Assembly: GCA_951406725.2 (NCBI GenBank) | Contig: OX597837.1 | Span: forward strand, 47,926,001-47,990,000 | Length of the DNA stretch: 64,000 nt | DNA from: Octopus vulgaris | Lineage: Eukaryota | Direction: 5' to 3' | Program-made: the position numbers and the translations under genes | The notes under the pieces: model-generated | The model's input: the letters and a program-made list of their open reading frames with translations, nothing else | What the model was told of the DNA's origin: nothing | Database searches by the model: none | Shown: positions 38,827-50,949 of the stretch, one piece after another | Layout: every line of letters begins with the position of its first letter | Numbering within the stretch: the first letter of the stretch is position 1

Positions 38827-40271
38827 TTACCAACACGTGTCATGTGAGTTGCGGGTCGCACTGGGGCTTCGGTACCGTCTGCCATCTCGTCGCGATCGGC
38901 TGGTGCTTCGGCGCTGGGAACTAAGCGATAGGGCCTGAATTTGGTTGGTGAGGGTCTGAATTTGAGCAGCTTGCTGCATCATTAATGCACGCAAGTCCGA
39001 AATCTCGGAAGAACTGGTTTGTGCACGGAAGGGATTGGTACTGGGAGTGACTGGCGTCACCGTCGATACCGTTGGATATTTGTGCGGTACTTCGGCTATT
39101 TTGTCAGCTAGTTCCGCCAGTTCTTCAATGGATGTATTTTCTCTAGTAGAAGCGAGAACAACCTGGGTATTGGAGGGCAGACGCTGGAGAAAAAGCTGCT
39201 TGAAAATTTTTTCCGGGAGGCTCTCATCTCCGAGAAGCTGCTTCCTTCTACAAAGAAGCTGGGACGGCGTTTTGTCACCCAATTCTTCCGATATCAGAAG
39301 CTGGTGAAGTCGTTTCTGTTGCGATTCGGAGGTTCTGTTTATCAGCGTGGTTTTAAAGGTGTCGTACGACACAGAACCGGGTGGTGCCATGATAAGATCA
39401 CGGACAATGTGTGTGATTTCTGGTGACAGAGAACCGATAAGATGCGAAAGTCGAGACGCATCGCTCAGTATTCGGTGAGAAGAATACTGTACCTCTATAT
39501 GGTGAAACTATAATGCAGGGTCGTGGGTCCAGAATGGTAGAATTTTCAAATAAATCGCCGCTTGGAATGCCATGTCGATCGGAGGTATGATGTTGGCCGC
39601 TGGATTCTGTTCCGGCAGGGCCTTTGTGTTCGTTGGAATTCTCATGTGTTTCGTTGCCGGGTGATGTGCAAGCTGTAATTCTTCGACGCGGTTGATGAAG
39701 CTGGTTCCGGGGAAGGCGCTATTCGTTTGACGGGGTCACAAAATGTAGTGGATGTGTGTGTATGTAAATAAATGCATAAACTGTTTCATGATTAAAAAGG
39801 GATTTATTTACAGGGTTATCAGTACACTACATACAAATGTAAGCAAATGCTACGAATTGCTTGTATAGAACACATATTAAAGATGAATATGTTTGTCTGT
39901 GTGTGTGTGTGTGTGTGCGTGTGTCATTCGAAACAGTAGTCGATAGATACTGTGAGCATTGTCGTCTGCTAAAACGCTGGGCGAGATTGTGTTAGCTTTC
40001 TCTGTTTTTCCCTTGTATTTATAATATTTGAGACAGCTAGAAAAAACAGACATAACGCAATAGAGACAGTGCTCTATTTAGGTGAGCACTTGTCCATTTG
40101 AACTTAACCTGACATGGCTTAGGTCGCAGGTCAAAGGGAGATGATCAATCACTTTTTGACAACAAAGAGATTCTTAAATTTCGCGCCTCTAAATGCATTG
40201 GTTTGGACGAACGATGAGTCTTGGATTCGATTTCGAATCTAGGCTTAGAGAAGGAAGTGCTAATTCTTACA
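38827..40271 (-). mobile_element. Gypsy LTR retrotransposon remnant: 5' LTR (~39744-40271), PBS and truncated gag
   Basis: LTR runs TGTAAG...CACTACA, followed by a PBS-like ttgtgaccccgtc. gag-like LPFWTHDPAL*FHHIE...YDTFKTTLINRTSESQQKRLHQLLISEELGDKTPSQLL. pol is absent. Confidence 0.85.
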
Positions 40272-40282
40272 TATGCACAAAC

Positions 40283-40341
<59 letters not shown>

Positions 40342-40344
<3 letters not shown>

Positions 40345-42090
40345 TCATCATCATCATCATTATCGTTTAACGTCTGTTTTCCATGCTGGCATGGGTTGGA
40401 TGGTTTGACTGGGGTCTGGTTAGCCAGGAGGCTGCACCAGGCTCCAGTCTGATCTGGCACTATTTCTACACCTGGATGGCCTTCCTAACGCCAATCCCTC
40501 CAAGTGTGTAGTGGGTGCTTTTTACGGGCCACCAGCGCAGGGAGCAGAGGGGCTGGTATCGACCATGATCGGATGGTGATTTTTACATGCCACCGGCATG
40601 GTGATTACAATTACTATTTCCATTTGATTTGATGCACTTAACTCAATAGGTCTTCTCAAGCATGGCATGTCACCTTACGATCCAAGGTACTTGTAGTGAG
40701 TGTGCGATTTGAATATAGAGGCACCTACCTTCTCTTCGTGGCGACGGAGATCCTCCAGAGATGACTGGTCCTTCCTCACCCTACCCGAACACTAACGATA
40801 GCAGCTGCTAGCCCCAAACCCTTAGCGTCGTCCACGCACGTCTTGTCGCCAGCACGACCCACGTTGGAAAGGTCAATTTTCGCCCCCTGCGCACGCTTGA
40901 CAGCTGACCCCTTCTGCTTACCCCAGCTTCCGGTCAACGCACCCTGCTGCTGACGTCTGGCTGCTGACGTCATCCCACAGTACTTTTGAGTGGGCTGGTT
41001 ATGTAACACTGGTGTAGGTTACAGCTGTGAACTCACTTTATTTTCAGGGTCTTCGCAGTCACAGCATATCTCTAGAGGTCTTGGTCTTTTGTCATTGCTT
41101 CAGTAAGACCCAACATTCGAAGGTCATGCTTCACCACCTCATCCCATGTCTTCCTGGGTCTACCTCTACCCTGGATTCCTGCCACTGTTTGGGAGTGGCA
41201 CTTCTTCACACAGCTTTCCTCATCCATCTGTTGTACATGACAACACCAACGCAAACGTCTCTCTTGCACGCCACATCTGATGCTTCTTATATCCAATATT
41301 TCTCTCAGGGCGCTTACACTCTGTTGTGTGTGCATACTGATATTACACATCCAGCAGATCATGCTAGCTTAATTTCTTTCAAGTCTACGCATGTATTCAG
41401 CAATCGCGGCTCATGTTTCACAACTGTGAAGCATGGCAGTTCGCACACATGCATCATACAATCTACCTTTCACTCTGAGCAAGAGGCTCTTTGTCACTGG
41501 TAGGGGTAGTAGCTTACTGAACTTTACCCAGGCTATTCTTATCCTAGTGGTTACACTCTCTGAGCATCCACCCCCACCCCCACTACAGAATTGGTCACCT
41601 AGGTAGCAGAAGCTATAAACTACTTTTAGTTTCTCCCTCTGGCATGTGATGGAATCTGTTTTCTGAGCATCTGTGGTGTTTATTGTCCCTGTGCATCTGC
41701 TGCACATGAAAGCTTTCTTCCTGGTTAATCTTATGCATCCATAGCTTACACTGGGCACATCTTATGGAATTTCTACCTACACCTTTTCTACAGAATGAGC
41801 AGTGTCACCTACCTGAAGGGGTGTGTGATGTGTTCACTTTCCTACTTACAAGAACTTTGGTTTTTGCGACATTAACTCTAAGGCCCTTTGATTCTAAACC
41901 TTGCTTCCACACCTGAAATTTCTTCTCCAGTTCTGGTAGTGATTCTGTTATGAGGGCCAGGTCATCAGCATAGAGGAGCTCCTAGGGCAGCCTGTCTTCA
42001 TTTCTTCTGTTATTGCCTGGAGGACTATGATGAATAAAAGGGGGCTGAGGGCTGATCCTTGGTAGACCTCTACTTCTACCTGAAATTCTT
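40342..42090 (-). mobile_element. RTE LINE 3' half plus 3' UTR (same family as 8620-11773), with a GC-rich insert at ~40695-40980
   Basis: YQGSALSPLLFIIVLQAITEE, CSESVTTRIRIAW, RGRGRPRKTWDEVVKHD; (CAT)n tail at 40342. Confidence 0.92.
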
Positions 42091-42092
42091 CA

Positions 42093-42860
42093 GGTATTTT
42101 CGCGCCCGACTTCCCAAAATGTGTCTGAATAAACATTGCCGGACAGTAAATAGAGACTCGGACATTGCTTAGAAAATAATTTTCATTTTTAACCTCGTAT
42201 ATAGTATGCACTAGGGAATTTGACCTTTAAATTTTGGGGGGGGAAATGCGGATTATACTCGTGGATTTACGGTAGTTGTTTTAATTTACTTCAGTACCTG
42301 ATTAGTACTTTTCTTTTTACATTGGAAGACTGAAAATGTTTTAAAATCAACCTCAAATTTGTTCACTACAGACTGGTGTTTCTCTACCATTTTTTTTGCC
42401 TACCCTTTGATTTCTATTTTACTCAGAAGGACCCTCATAGCGATTTGATATTTAAGAAAACTCCTATTGTATTTTTATAATTAAATATTATTAGGATTTT
42501 TATTTTTAAAAATTGTTAAAACATCAAGTGTTTTGAAGAAGTACGTACCTTATATAATCGACTATAAAACACCTTTGCCTATAAGACGCACTCTAGATTT
42601 ACAAGGTTAGGGAAAAAAGTCAAAATTGAAGAATTTGGGGAGGAAAAAGTGGGGGTGGCATTTAACACTACCGATTTTTGGCAATTTTCCGGAATCTCCG
42701 TATCCGAAAACAGCAAATTTGGGAGAAAATGGCGGGAGGGGAAGGACGGAAGTCTTTCCGAAAAAATCTTAGGATTTTTTATAGGATGCGCTTATAAGTC
42801 GCACTCCCAACTTTAGGTGAAAATTTAAGGGGGAAAAAAAGTAATTGAGTATATACGGTA
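42093..42860. mobile_element. Two pogo/Tc2-like MITE remnants
   Basis: Ends ...gcggattatactcgtggatttacggTA (42273) and ...gagtatatacggTA (42860), plus internal tataagacgcac/tataagtcgcac, all typical of TACCGTA-terminated TcMar elements. Confidence 0.55.
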
Positions 42861-43067
42861 TAACTTATTGCATATGTATTTTAACAACAAAATCTTAACT
42901 GGAACCTTAACAAGTCATAATGAAGAGAACTAATAAATCCGAGAAAGATCTCTCATATATGCTGAAATTATTCTTTACTTTAAGAAAGAATAATTCTTAT
43001 AAACATTATTTGTCATTTGTCAAAATAAACTGTAAATGTATATATATAATCTGCTTTACAATGGGAT

Positions 43068-43170
43068 TAATTTATCACTGAGCAAATACGGAACTAAAGC
43101 GGCTGAAAATTAGTCTCTGACTTTTCGCAAAGCATTGTGGGATTGTCGTTTCAATTTTAATAGCGGCAAG
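43068..43170 (+). promoter_or_regulatory. Candidate housekeeping promoter, copy 1 (ZNF143/SBS-like motif)
   Basis: gcattgtgggattgtcgt matches the reverse complement of the ACTACAnnTCCCAnnATGC motif; followed by aatagcggc. Confidence 0.5.
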
Positions 43171-44046
43171 TTTGTAAAAAATATGTGAATTCGACTTCTG
43201 GACTTTAATTTCTCTTCAACTTGGAAATATTTGTCTTGTTTTTTCACTGAAAATTGTTTATAAGTTAGTGCTTTTATGAATACATATTACTTAAAATGGA
43301 TTTCGATGAATAACATTTGAGAGAAATGAATATCGACTGCCGTCAAAAATATTCCAAAGTTAGTTTTTGTTTTTATTGATAACTCACAGAAAAAGATTTG
43401 TCCTGCATCTAAAGAAGTCAACAGAAGAATTTCCAGTCATAAATTCTCGAAGTTGCTGTTTGTCCTCCACCGAAAAAGTAAGAATTTATTAATATTATTG
43501 TTGAACCATTTATCTTCTTAAGTTTTGTGTCAATTATGATGTATAGGGATAAATATATTGATTCTTAAACAAGAGACCTCTTTCTACCACCTACCTACAC
43601 ACACACACACACACACACACACCTTTAAAAATAAGTCTATTACTTCAAATGTTAATGGTTTCTGTTAAGGCTCAGCAATTTTTAAACGATTTCTTGACTA
43701 GAATTTGGTTTGTCAATTGTTAAAATAACTTTCAGTTCTTTAGACGTTCACATGATTAACAAGGCTAACGTGGGGTGGATAGAAATAGCAGTCAAATTAC
43801 TCTCAGATCCATACAAGATCATGCAATTGTTCAGTCTTGGAGCCCAATAACAAATCAACTTAGTTGTTTATGAAAGAAATCGATATTTAGAGAGTGAAAA
43901 CGTGTTTTTCTCTCTTTTTTGCTGGAGCACCGACTTTGGTCGAGCAAATTGACCCCAGGACTTATTCTTTGTAAGCCTAGTACTTATTCTATCGGTCTCT
44001 ATTGCCGTAAACAACGCACACACACACACACATATATATATATAAA

Positions 44047-44184
44047 CGACGGGCTTCTTCAGTTTCCGTCTACCAAATCCACTCACAAGACTATAGTAGA
44101 AGATACTTGCCCAAGGTACCATGCAGTGGGATAGAACCCGGAACCATGTGGTTCGTAAGCAAGCTACTTACCACACAGCCACTC
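44047..44184 (-). mobile_element. tRNA-derived SINE (third family; many copies at 54815, 55510, 55680, 59960-60990, 61590-62000)
   Basis: Minus strand gtggctgtgtggtaagtagcttgct...ggttctatcccactgc...ccttgggcaag...gatttggtagacggaaactgaagaagcccgtcg with A/B-box-like motifs. Confidence 0.8.
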
Positions 44185-44618
44185 ATATATATACACATAC
44201 ACACGACTGGTTTTATTCATTTTCCAGGAGGGTGGACTGCTAAAAAATGCAGTGAAATCTGGATATGTTAGAAACAGCAGTCAAATCTCTTATATGGAAA
44301 TCTTTATGTGTGAGTGTGCGTGTGTGCTAGTCACTCACCCCCACATTCGCTTGACAACCGATGTCGGTGTGTTTATGTCGACGAAGCTGAGCGCCTTGGC
44401 AAAAAGTGACCGATGGAATAAGTACTAGGCTTACAAGGAATAAGTCCTGGGATCGATTTGTTTCGACTAAAGGCGGTGCTCCAGCATAGCCGCAGTCAAC
44501 ATGTGGGAAAAAAAAGTCAAAACTGAAGAAGTTGGGGGGAAAGGCGGGGACAAAGTTTCACAATGCCGATTTTTGGCAATTTTCCGAAAACGGGGATTTT
44601 TGGCAGACACAATTACGA

Positions 44619-44725
44619 ATTAATTTACACCGAGGAAATACGGAACTATGGTGGCTGAAAATTGGTGTCTGACTTTTCGCAAAGCATTGTGGGATTGTCG
44701 TCTGTATGATTTGAATGGCGCGAGA
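44619..44725 (+). promoter_or_regulatory. Candidate housekeeping promoter, copy 2
   Basis: Paralogous to 43068-43150 with the same gcattgtgggattgtcgt motif, followed by a YY1-like aatggcg and a GTAAGT donor near 44767. Confidence 0.5.
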
Positions 44726-44829
44726 TTCAGTTTTTTATTGAATATTGGTCCTGCAGAGTGAAAGAAGTAAGTAAGAAATTATTATTAGACTGGAGAATGA
44801 TACTCCACATCACCATTAAGGACTTTTTC

Positions 44830-45240
44830 GTTTTCAATGTACTCGAGTGTTGTTTATGTTATTGTTGTGAAGTGTGGTTGCATGTTCGAAATGTAATTAG
44901 ATAAGTTGTCAACAGACATTCTAACTGATTTGTCAGTCGGGAAGCATACAATCTCTCTATTTTTTAATTTGTTATGGCCTTTCTTAATTTTGGTGTCAAG
45001 ATCACGGGTCTTATTTTTTGTTCGTTTTTGTTTATGCCTTTGGGTGTAATTAGAGAAAGCTGACAGGAGTTTGGATTTAGTAAGGGTAAACTTTGCTGTA
45101 CTGGAACGAAAACAATTGCAGCATGGAAGGTGTTTATAAGCCATTTAAGAAACACACAAAAAGCGTTAGATTCACTTTAATATTTAAATTTAATTTGTCA
45201 AAATATTTTCGTTGTTTTGAGACTGCGACTTCACTGACAA
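44830..45240 (-). mobile_element. Penelope-like element fragment (region N-terminal to the RT core)
   Basis: KKGHNKLKNREIVCFPTDKSVRMSVDNLSNYISNMQPH contains the PLE-type DK motif. Confidence 0.55.
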
Positions 45241-45523
45241 AATTCCGTGCTGCATCTGAGAAAGTAACAGTTAGTTCATGATATATATGTACGTACGTAT
45301 GTATGTATGTATATGTGTACATGTATGTGCGCATGCCTATACGCATGTATGTATGTACTTATGTACTTGTGAGTATTTAGGAGAAATAGACGTGTCTGTG
45401 TGTGTACATGTGTATGTACTTGCGAACGTATGTTTATGTAATATGTGTCAGTTCAATTTGTATACTTGACTGTTACCTTGCCACTCGCTATGCAAGTACA
45501 TCTCTTTCTCTCTCTCTCTCTCT

Positions 45524-45563
<40 letters not shown>

Positions 45564-46560
45564 AGAGAAGAGAGAGAGAGAACAGATTGTAACATAGATA
45601 AATATATAGACAGAAATAGATAGTCAGAAGAATAGACATACCAACTACCAAACACCTAGAAAGATAGACTGCTTGATAGCTCGATAGATATATAGATAGA
45701 TGCTTATGTTTTTTTATTGCTACTCATCACTCATTTTGTCCATTTTATGTTTCTCACCTGTACTGCCCTTTGTAAAGAATTAGCAAACAGCTGTTTTGCA
45801 ATAAAGGCTTGAATGGATTGAGAGCCATATGATAAACTGGTGAAGGAAGCATGGATTTAAACTCTGCCTTATTAGTTGCTCATTGGTGAAATAGCATAAA
45901 AAATATTGTTTATGGTTAAGATTTCTTAATTAATATCAGTTTCTATATTAGTGTATGCATCTTTAGTGAAATGATGATGAACTCTCTTACAATATGACTA
46001 TGTGAATTGCTGAAATTATGGTATATTGTAAATTTCACGAATATTTGAATGACAGGAAAGCTATCCTGTTTCCTAACATGCAGATTTATTTTTCCCAAGT
46101 CATTTGATTAATTGGTCATGTTTGTAAAACAGGGGAATGCCTCAAATTTTAGAGGAAGTGGTTAATTGATTAAATTGATCTTATTACTTGACTTGCACTT
46201 TTTTTATCAACCATGAAAGGAAGAGAAACAAAGTTAGCCTCAACAGGATTTGAAACTAGAATATAAAGAGCTGGTAGAAATATTGGAAGGTATTTTGCCA
46301 ACACTCTAACAATTGTGCCTCTCCACCATCTTAAGTTTAATAGAATAAAATCTGTGAATGAATTTTGATGAATTTCTTGTGTAGTTTTAATGAAAGTTGG
46401 TCTCACATTGCTTGCATTTATATCTTTCCTGAGACATGTAAAAGTTTCCATTTGCAGAAAGAATTGCTACTTGTCACTTCAAATAAAGAGTATTGAACTG
46501 ATATTAAAGCCAAAATTTTCCTTTCGCTACTATTAGGATGTTTTTCATTTTTACTTTCAG

Positions 46561-46923
46561 GGTTAAAAAATGAATGATTACACTTATTGGTTTACATGCG
46601 AACTTTTGTTTATTTTATATCCTTCTATATGTTGGATATGCAAATTTCACGAAGTGGGGATAGACACAACTGTCTTCACACAACCTACTTCAGATTACTC
46701 CACTAAACACAATACTCTAATAAATAGAAACTCTGAACAATGTCAACAACTTCCATGAACTCCCAATGACTCTCTTTGTCTCAACCAATATGCTAATTTT
46801 TTTATAAGAGTTTTGCTAGTCCATTCTTCCAATCCCATAGGGGTGCCAATGACTCTCACCACAACAGTTTATACATGTATAATTTACCAAAACAAGTATC
46901 CCCATGCGAAGCTTCACCTGTAT
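46561..46923 (+). pseudogene. Exon-like segment with ATG, hydrophobic N-terminus and one in-frame TGA
   Basis: Strong acceptor tttttcatttttactttcAG, ATG at 46570 and GTAAGT donor at 46924. The 118-codon frame is open except for TGA at 46756-46758. No homology recognised. Confidence 0.35.
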
Positions 46924-47439
46924 GTAAGTACATAACTTTTTTGTTAATTTAAGTTTTCTGTTAGTTAACCATAGCTGTTTGTAAATTGAACACCTGTTTC
47001 TCTGTGTATATTGAACAATTTCCATAAGATATATATGTTTGCAAATGTAAAATATGTTTGTTTCCCAATGCCATGGTTTAGGGTCTAGTTCTACTGTGTG
47101 GCATTTTGGGCAAGAGTCTTCGACTATAGGTAGGGACCAACAAATGCATTTTTAGTGAAAGTGGTTGATGGGAACTATATGAAGCTTATTGCATGTGTGT
47201 GTATACACCATATCAATTATGTGATGCATGTTATAGGTAACTGTTGACAAAAAGTGCAAAATACTCATTGAAAAATCAAAATAATTTAGAGTAATGTCAA
47301 GAAGGGATGTGGAATGGATAGTGAAAGGTCTGGCTTGGAAGGTGTCCCACAGTATTGCAGCCTGGGCCTATGTGTCATCTTGCTACTGCAAGAGAGTACA
47401 GACCATTGAATGTTTGTGAAATATTGGCATCTAAGATTA

Positions 47440-47870
47440 TGAACTCTTTGGATTTACTGATTACCTTGATGTCAGTGAGATTGCCATTGTCAAACAAGAG
47501 ATTTGTTACCTTAGTAAGTGTCTACCCTCCAACCATGTGTTCCTCTGAAGAGAAAAAAAGACTAATATTTTATCTTTCATGAAAAAAGCTTCTATGCAGT
47601 GTTCTTTCTGCTTATAAAATCTTCATATTTGGTGATTTCAATGAAAGCATTTGCAGAGATAAAAAAGTTTGGGATATAATTGGGAAACATGAAGCCAGAA
47701 AATGCAATAGTAATGGCTTGTTTAGTACTGCAAGTGTGTTCGATTTTTGCATATACTGGGTAACTGTCAATCTCCTAGTGTGGAGCATGCTGTATTTGAG
47801 CACCAAATATGTGGGAGTATTTATGTGATCAAGATGAAAGGCAATTAGGTCTCTCATTAATTTCTGTTTG
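47440..47870 (+). mobile_element. RTE (BovB-like) endonuclease remnant
   Basis: LMSVRLPLSNKRFVTLVSVYPPTMCSSEEKK, with downstream IFGDFN. Confidence 0.75.
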
Positions 47871-48127
47871 GTGAGTTGGCCCTGAGGAAAAATCTAGGCA
47901 ACAAATTGAAATTAAGGCATGAATGCATTAGAGACACTTAGAGGATCTAGATCAAATTAGAGAAAGTGAAAACATCACAAAGTTTTTGATGGAAAAAATT
48001 GGTTCATGTTGGAATGAGTGAATTTGAATGAATGTCAATAAAATCTTAGTGTGCATGAAAAGCTTGAGAGAGATTTTTGAAAAGGTCTTAATATTAATGT
48101 TTCCATTGTGTTTTGCTTCAAAAACTA

Positions 48128-49336
48128 CATAGACATGACAGAATTAAATAGACATCCTTATAATTGTTAAAATTTATTTAAATTATTTATTAATTATTAT
48201 AATGTGAATATCTAATATTTAGTAGACAGGCTCCTTGCATTTTTGAATGCAAGGACCCTAGCAGGCATGCTACTGATCTGATGAATATTCTCTTCATGAT
48301 TTTCTTGCCAAGTTTCTTGCAGTAATATCAAAAGATCTGGCTTTAAGGATGCTTTCTTTTTCTTTTTAGGAAGTATCCCATCCATCATGCCTCAGAGGTG
48401 TTCAGTAGGGTTCATATCTGGTGATTGGCTTAGCTATGGAAGCTTTTTAATGCCATTCTCTTCCAACCAATCCTGGGTCTTTTAGTTGTGCAAGAAAGCC
48501 CTATCTTCCATAAATAGTGTTATTTAATCATTTTACCCCTGGAGGTTATAGGAAGAAGATTTTTCTATAATATGGACACATTTATCTGAGTTTATGTATC
48601 CCTCACATTCCACCATTTCTGATTGACTATTGCTCCAAACTGCTCTCCAGACCATCACATGTTTCATTGTTGGCTGCAATATATTCACGTGAAAATATTG
48701 GTGACTGATTCTCCAGACCCACATTCGACCAGTGTCAGAAAATACAGCAAATCTGGATTCATCAGAGAATTTGACAGTGTCCCAAAGTGCTAGTGACCTC
48801 TCTACCATCTCACTTGTCCAATCTTTTCTCCATTTGATATTGGCTGGTCGAAGCAGTGTCTTCTTTCTTGCTGCTCTGCCATAATAGCCAATTTTGCAGA
48901 GATAACTGACAGCTATTCTGGGACTGACATCAACTTATTCTGCTATATTGGAGGCCTTGCAATGAGGATTATCTTACACACTTCTCTTAAGAAAGCAAAG
49001 TGTTCTGTCAGAGGGCCTTAGTCTACCTGGGTAAGGTGATATGGACTACTTTCCCGTTTAGTGAATTGAAAAATTACTCTATTTACTGTAGAAAGTGGAA
49101 TCACAATGTTTTCTGTGGTTTTAGGCTAAGTCAGCCTTGAAATAGGCGCAGCATATGGCCTCTTTGTAAATTGGACATTTTTAAGGCTTCTTTTGTACAT
49201 GGCATGATTAAACAGTTACATATAGAACCTGAAACATATAAATGTCAATTAATAAAAAAAATATAAACCTCTTCAAGTTATAATAACCATAAAACAATGT
49301 GTTAATGGGTATCTATTTACTTTTGTCATGTTTGTG
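48128..49336 (-). mobile_element. Decayed Tc1-like DNA transposon with both TIRs and TA target duplication
   Basis: TA|catagacatgacagaattaaatagacatcc versus the reverse complement of the right end, TA|cacaaacatgacaaaagtaaatagataccc. Transposase remnant WDTVKFSDESRFAVFSDTGRMWVWR...MVWRAVW. Confidence 0.9.
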
Positions 49337-50949
49337 TACAAATGTATCATTTGTTACAACTGCACTTTGAAAGAAAAAGAAAACCTTTAGTAGAAAATTA
49401 GCATTAGCTACGACAACGTTACCCAACTATTAAATCTTATATTTTTCAAACTCATGCTAGGATGGAAAAATGAACGTAGGTATGAGACTTATTTTTACAC
49501 ATGTATTGATGCATATAAAACATGAAATTATGTTGTCTACATACTTAAATACTTGCAATTAATTCATTGTAAGAACATAGAAATTTGACAGGTTTTCTTG
49601 AGTTGTTGCTCATCTACAATAATCTGATAAGTTTGAGGTTATTGTTGGTTGCATAAGATTGTCATTGAATTTTCTCTCGACAGAAATATCTAATCATTTT
49701 ATCCATACTAGCATGGGTTGTGTGTGTCATGTTGATATCTGTTTCAGTTTAATTCCCTCTGCAATAGTTTCTTTTTTTTGTGTTTATGCAATATGGTACT
49801 TTCATAAAATACAGTCGTCTCTTGCCTTACACAGTATTCTGTTTCTTAGTTTCACTTTAGCACAATTTTGCTCATTTTCCTCTATTTCTTTCTTTTTGTT
49901 TTTGTTTTTACAAATATAGAAGTAGTAATTGCTTCAGTTTCTCATTATATTTTGTTAAATATTTTTGAATTTGAAATATTAAAATTGATTTCACTGGAAA
50001 TGAAAATTCAATGTATAAAATTAACTTTAAACTAGATGTTCAGCATCAAATGCAAAAGTTTTACAAAAAGAATTGTCCTCATCATCATCATCATCATTTA
50101 ATGTCCATTATCTATGCTGGCTTGGGTTGGACAGTTTCATCAGGGCTGGTAAGCTGAGGGTCTGCAGCAGACTCCAGTCTGATTTGTCATTGTTTCTATG
50201 GCTGGATGCCCTTCTTAACATCAAGCACTCCATGAGTGTTGTGGGCAGGGGTTGTGAAAAAAATTAATTGATGGGAAATTAATTACAATATATTGTCTTC
50301 TAAGGCACGGCATGTCATGAAAGGTGTCGGTCATTAGTCATTGCCTTTATAAGTTTCAACAGTCAAAGATCATGCATTACCACCTTGTCCAATGCCTTCT
50401 TATGTCTGCTTCTTCTGCCATGTAGCATAGTTGTCTGCACAGGTATAATAAATCTGGCTTTCACTCTGAAGGAGAGACCCTTAGTTACCAAACAGAGGAA
50501 GGAGCTCTCTGAATTTGCTCAGCCTATTTTTATTCTTGCAGCCACACTCATCCACCTCTGCTACTGACTTTGTTGCTCAACAATCTTTATCGTACTCCTC
50601 TGGTATTTGATGAAGCCCATTTTCTGTACACTTTTAGTGTTTACTGTACATGTGCACCTTCCACATACAAAATATATTTTCCCAGTTTACCTTCCTCTGA
50701 TATTGCTACACCTATTATGTGTTATACAGAGTACATCTACCTACCTATTTCCTTCATATTGAGGATGGCCATGTACCTGAAGGGCTTTACGATTTATCTG
50801 TTTTCCTACTTACTAAGACTTTGGGTTAGGGTTGGGTAGGTTAATTCTGTGACCTTTCAATTCTAGACCTTGCTTCCGTACGCACAATTTGTTCTCTAGT
50901 TCTGGTAGTGATTTAGCTATAAGAAGAAGCTCATTAGTAAATAAGTGTG

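Noticed and set aside
43296-43360. ATG GAT TTC GAT GAA as POLR2E exon 1 (MDDEE-like)
   Set aside because: A stop follows after five codons and the downstream sequence does not match the RPB5 N-terminus.
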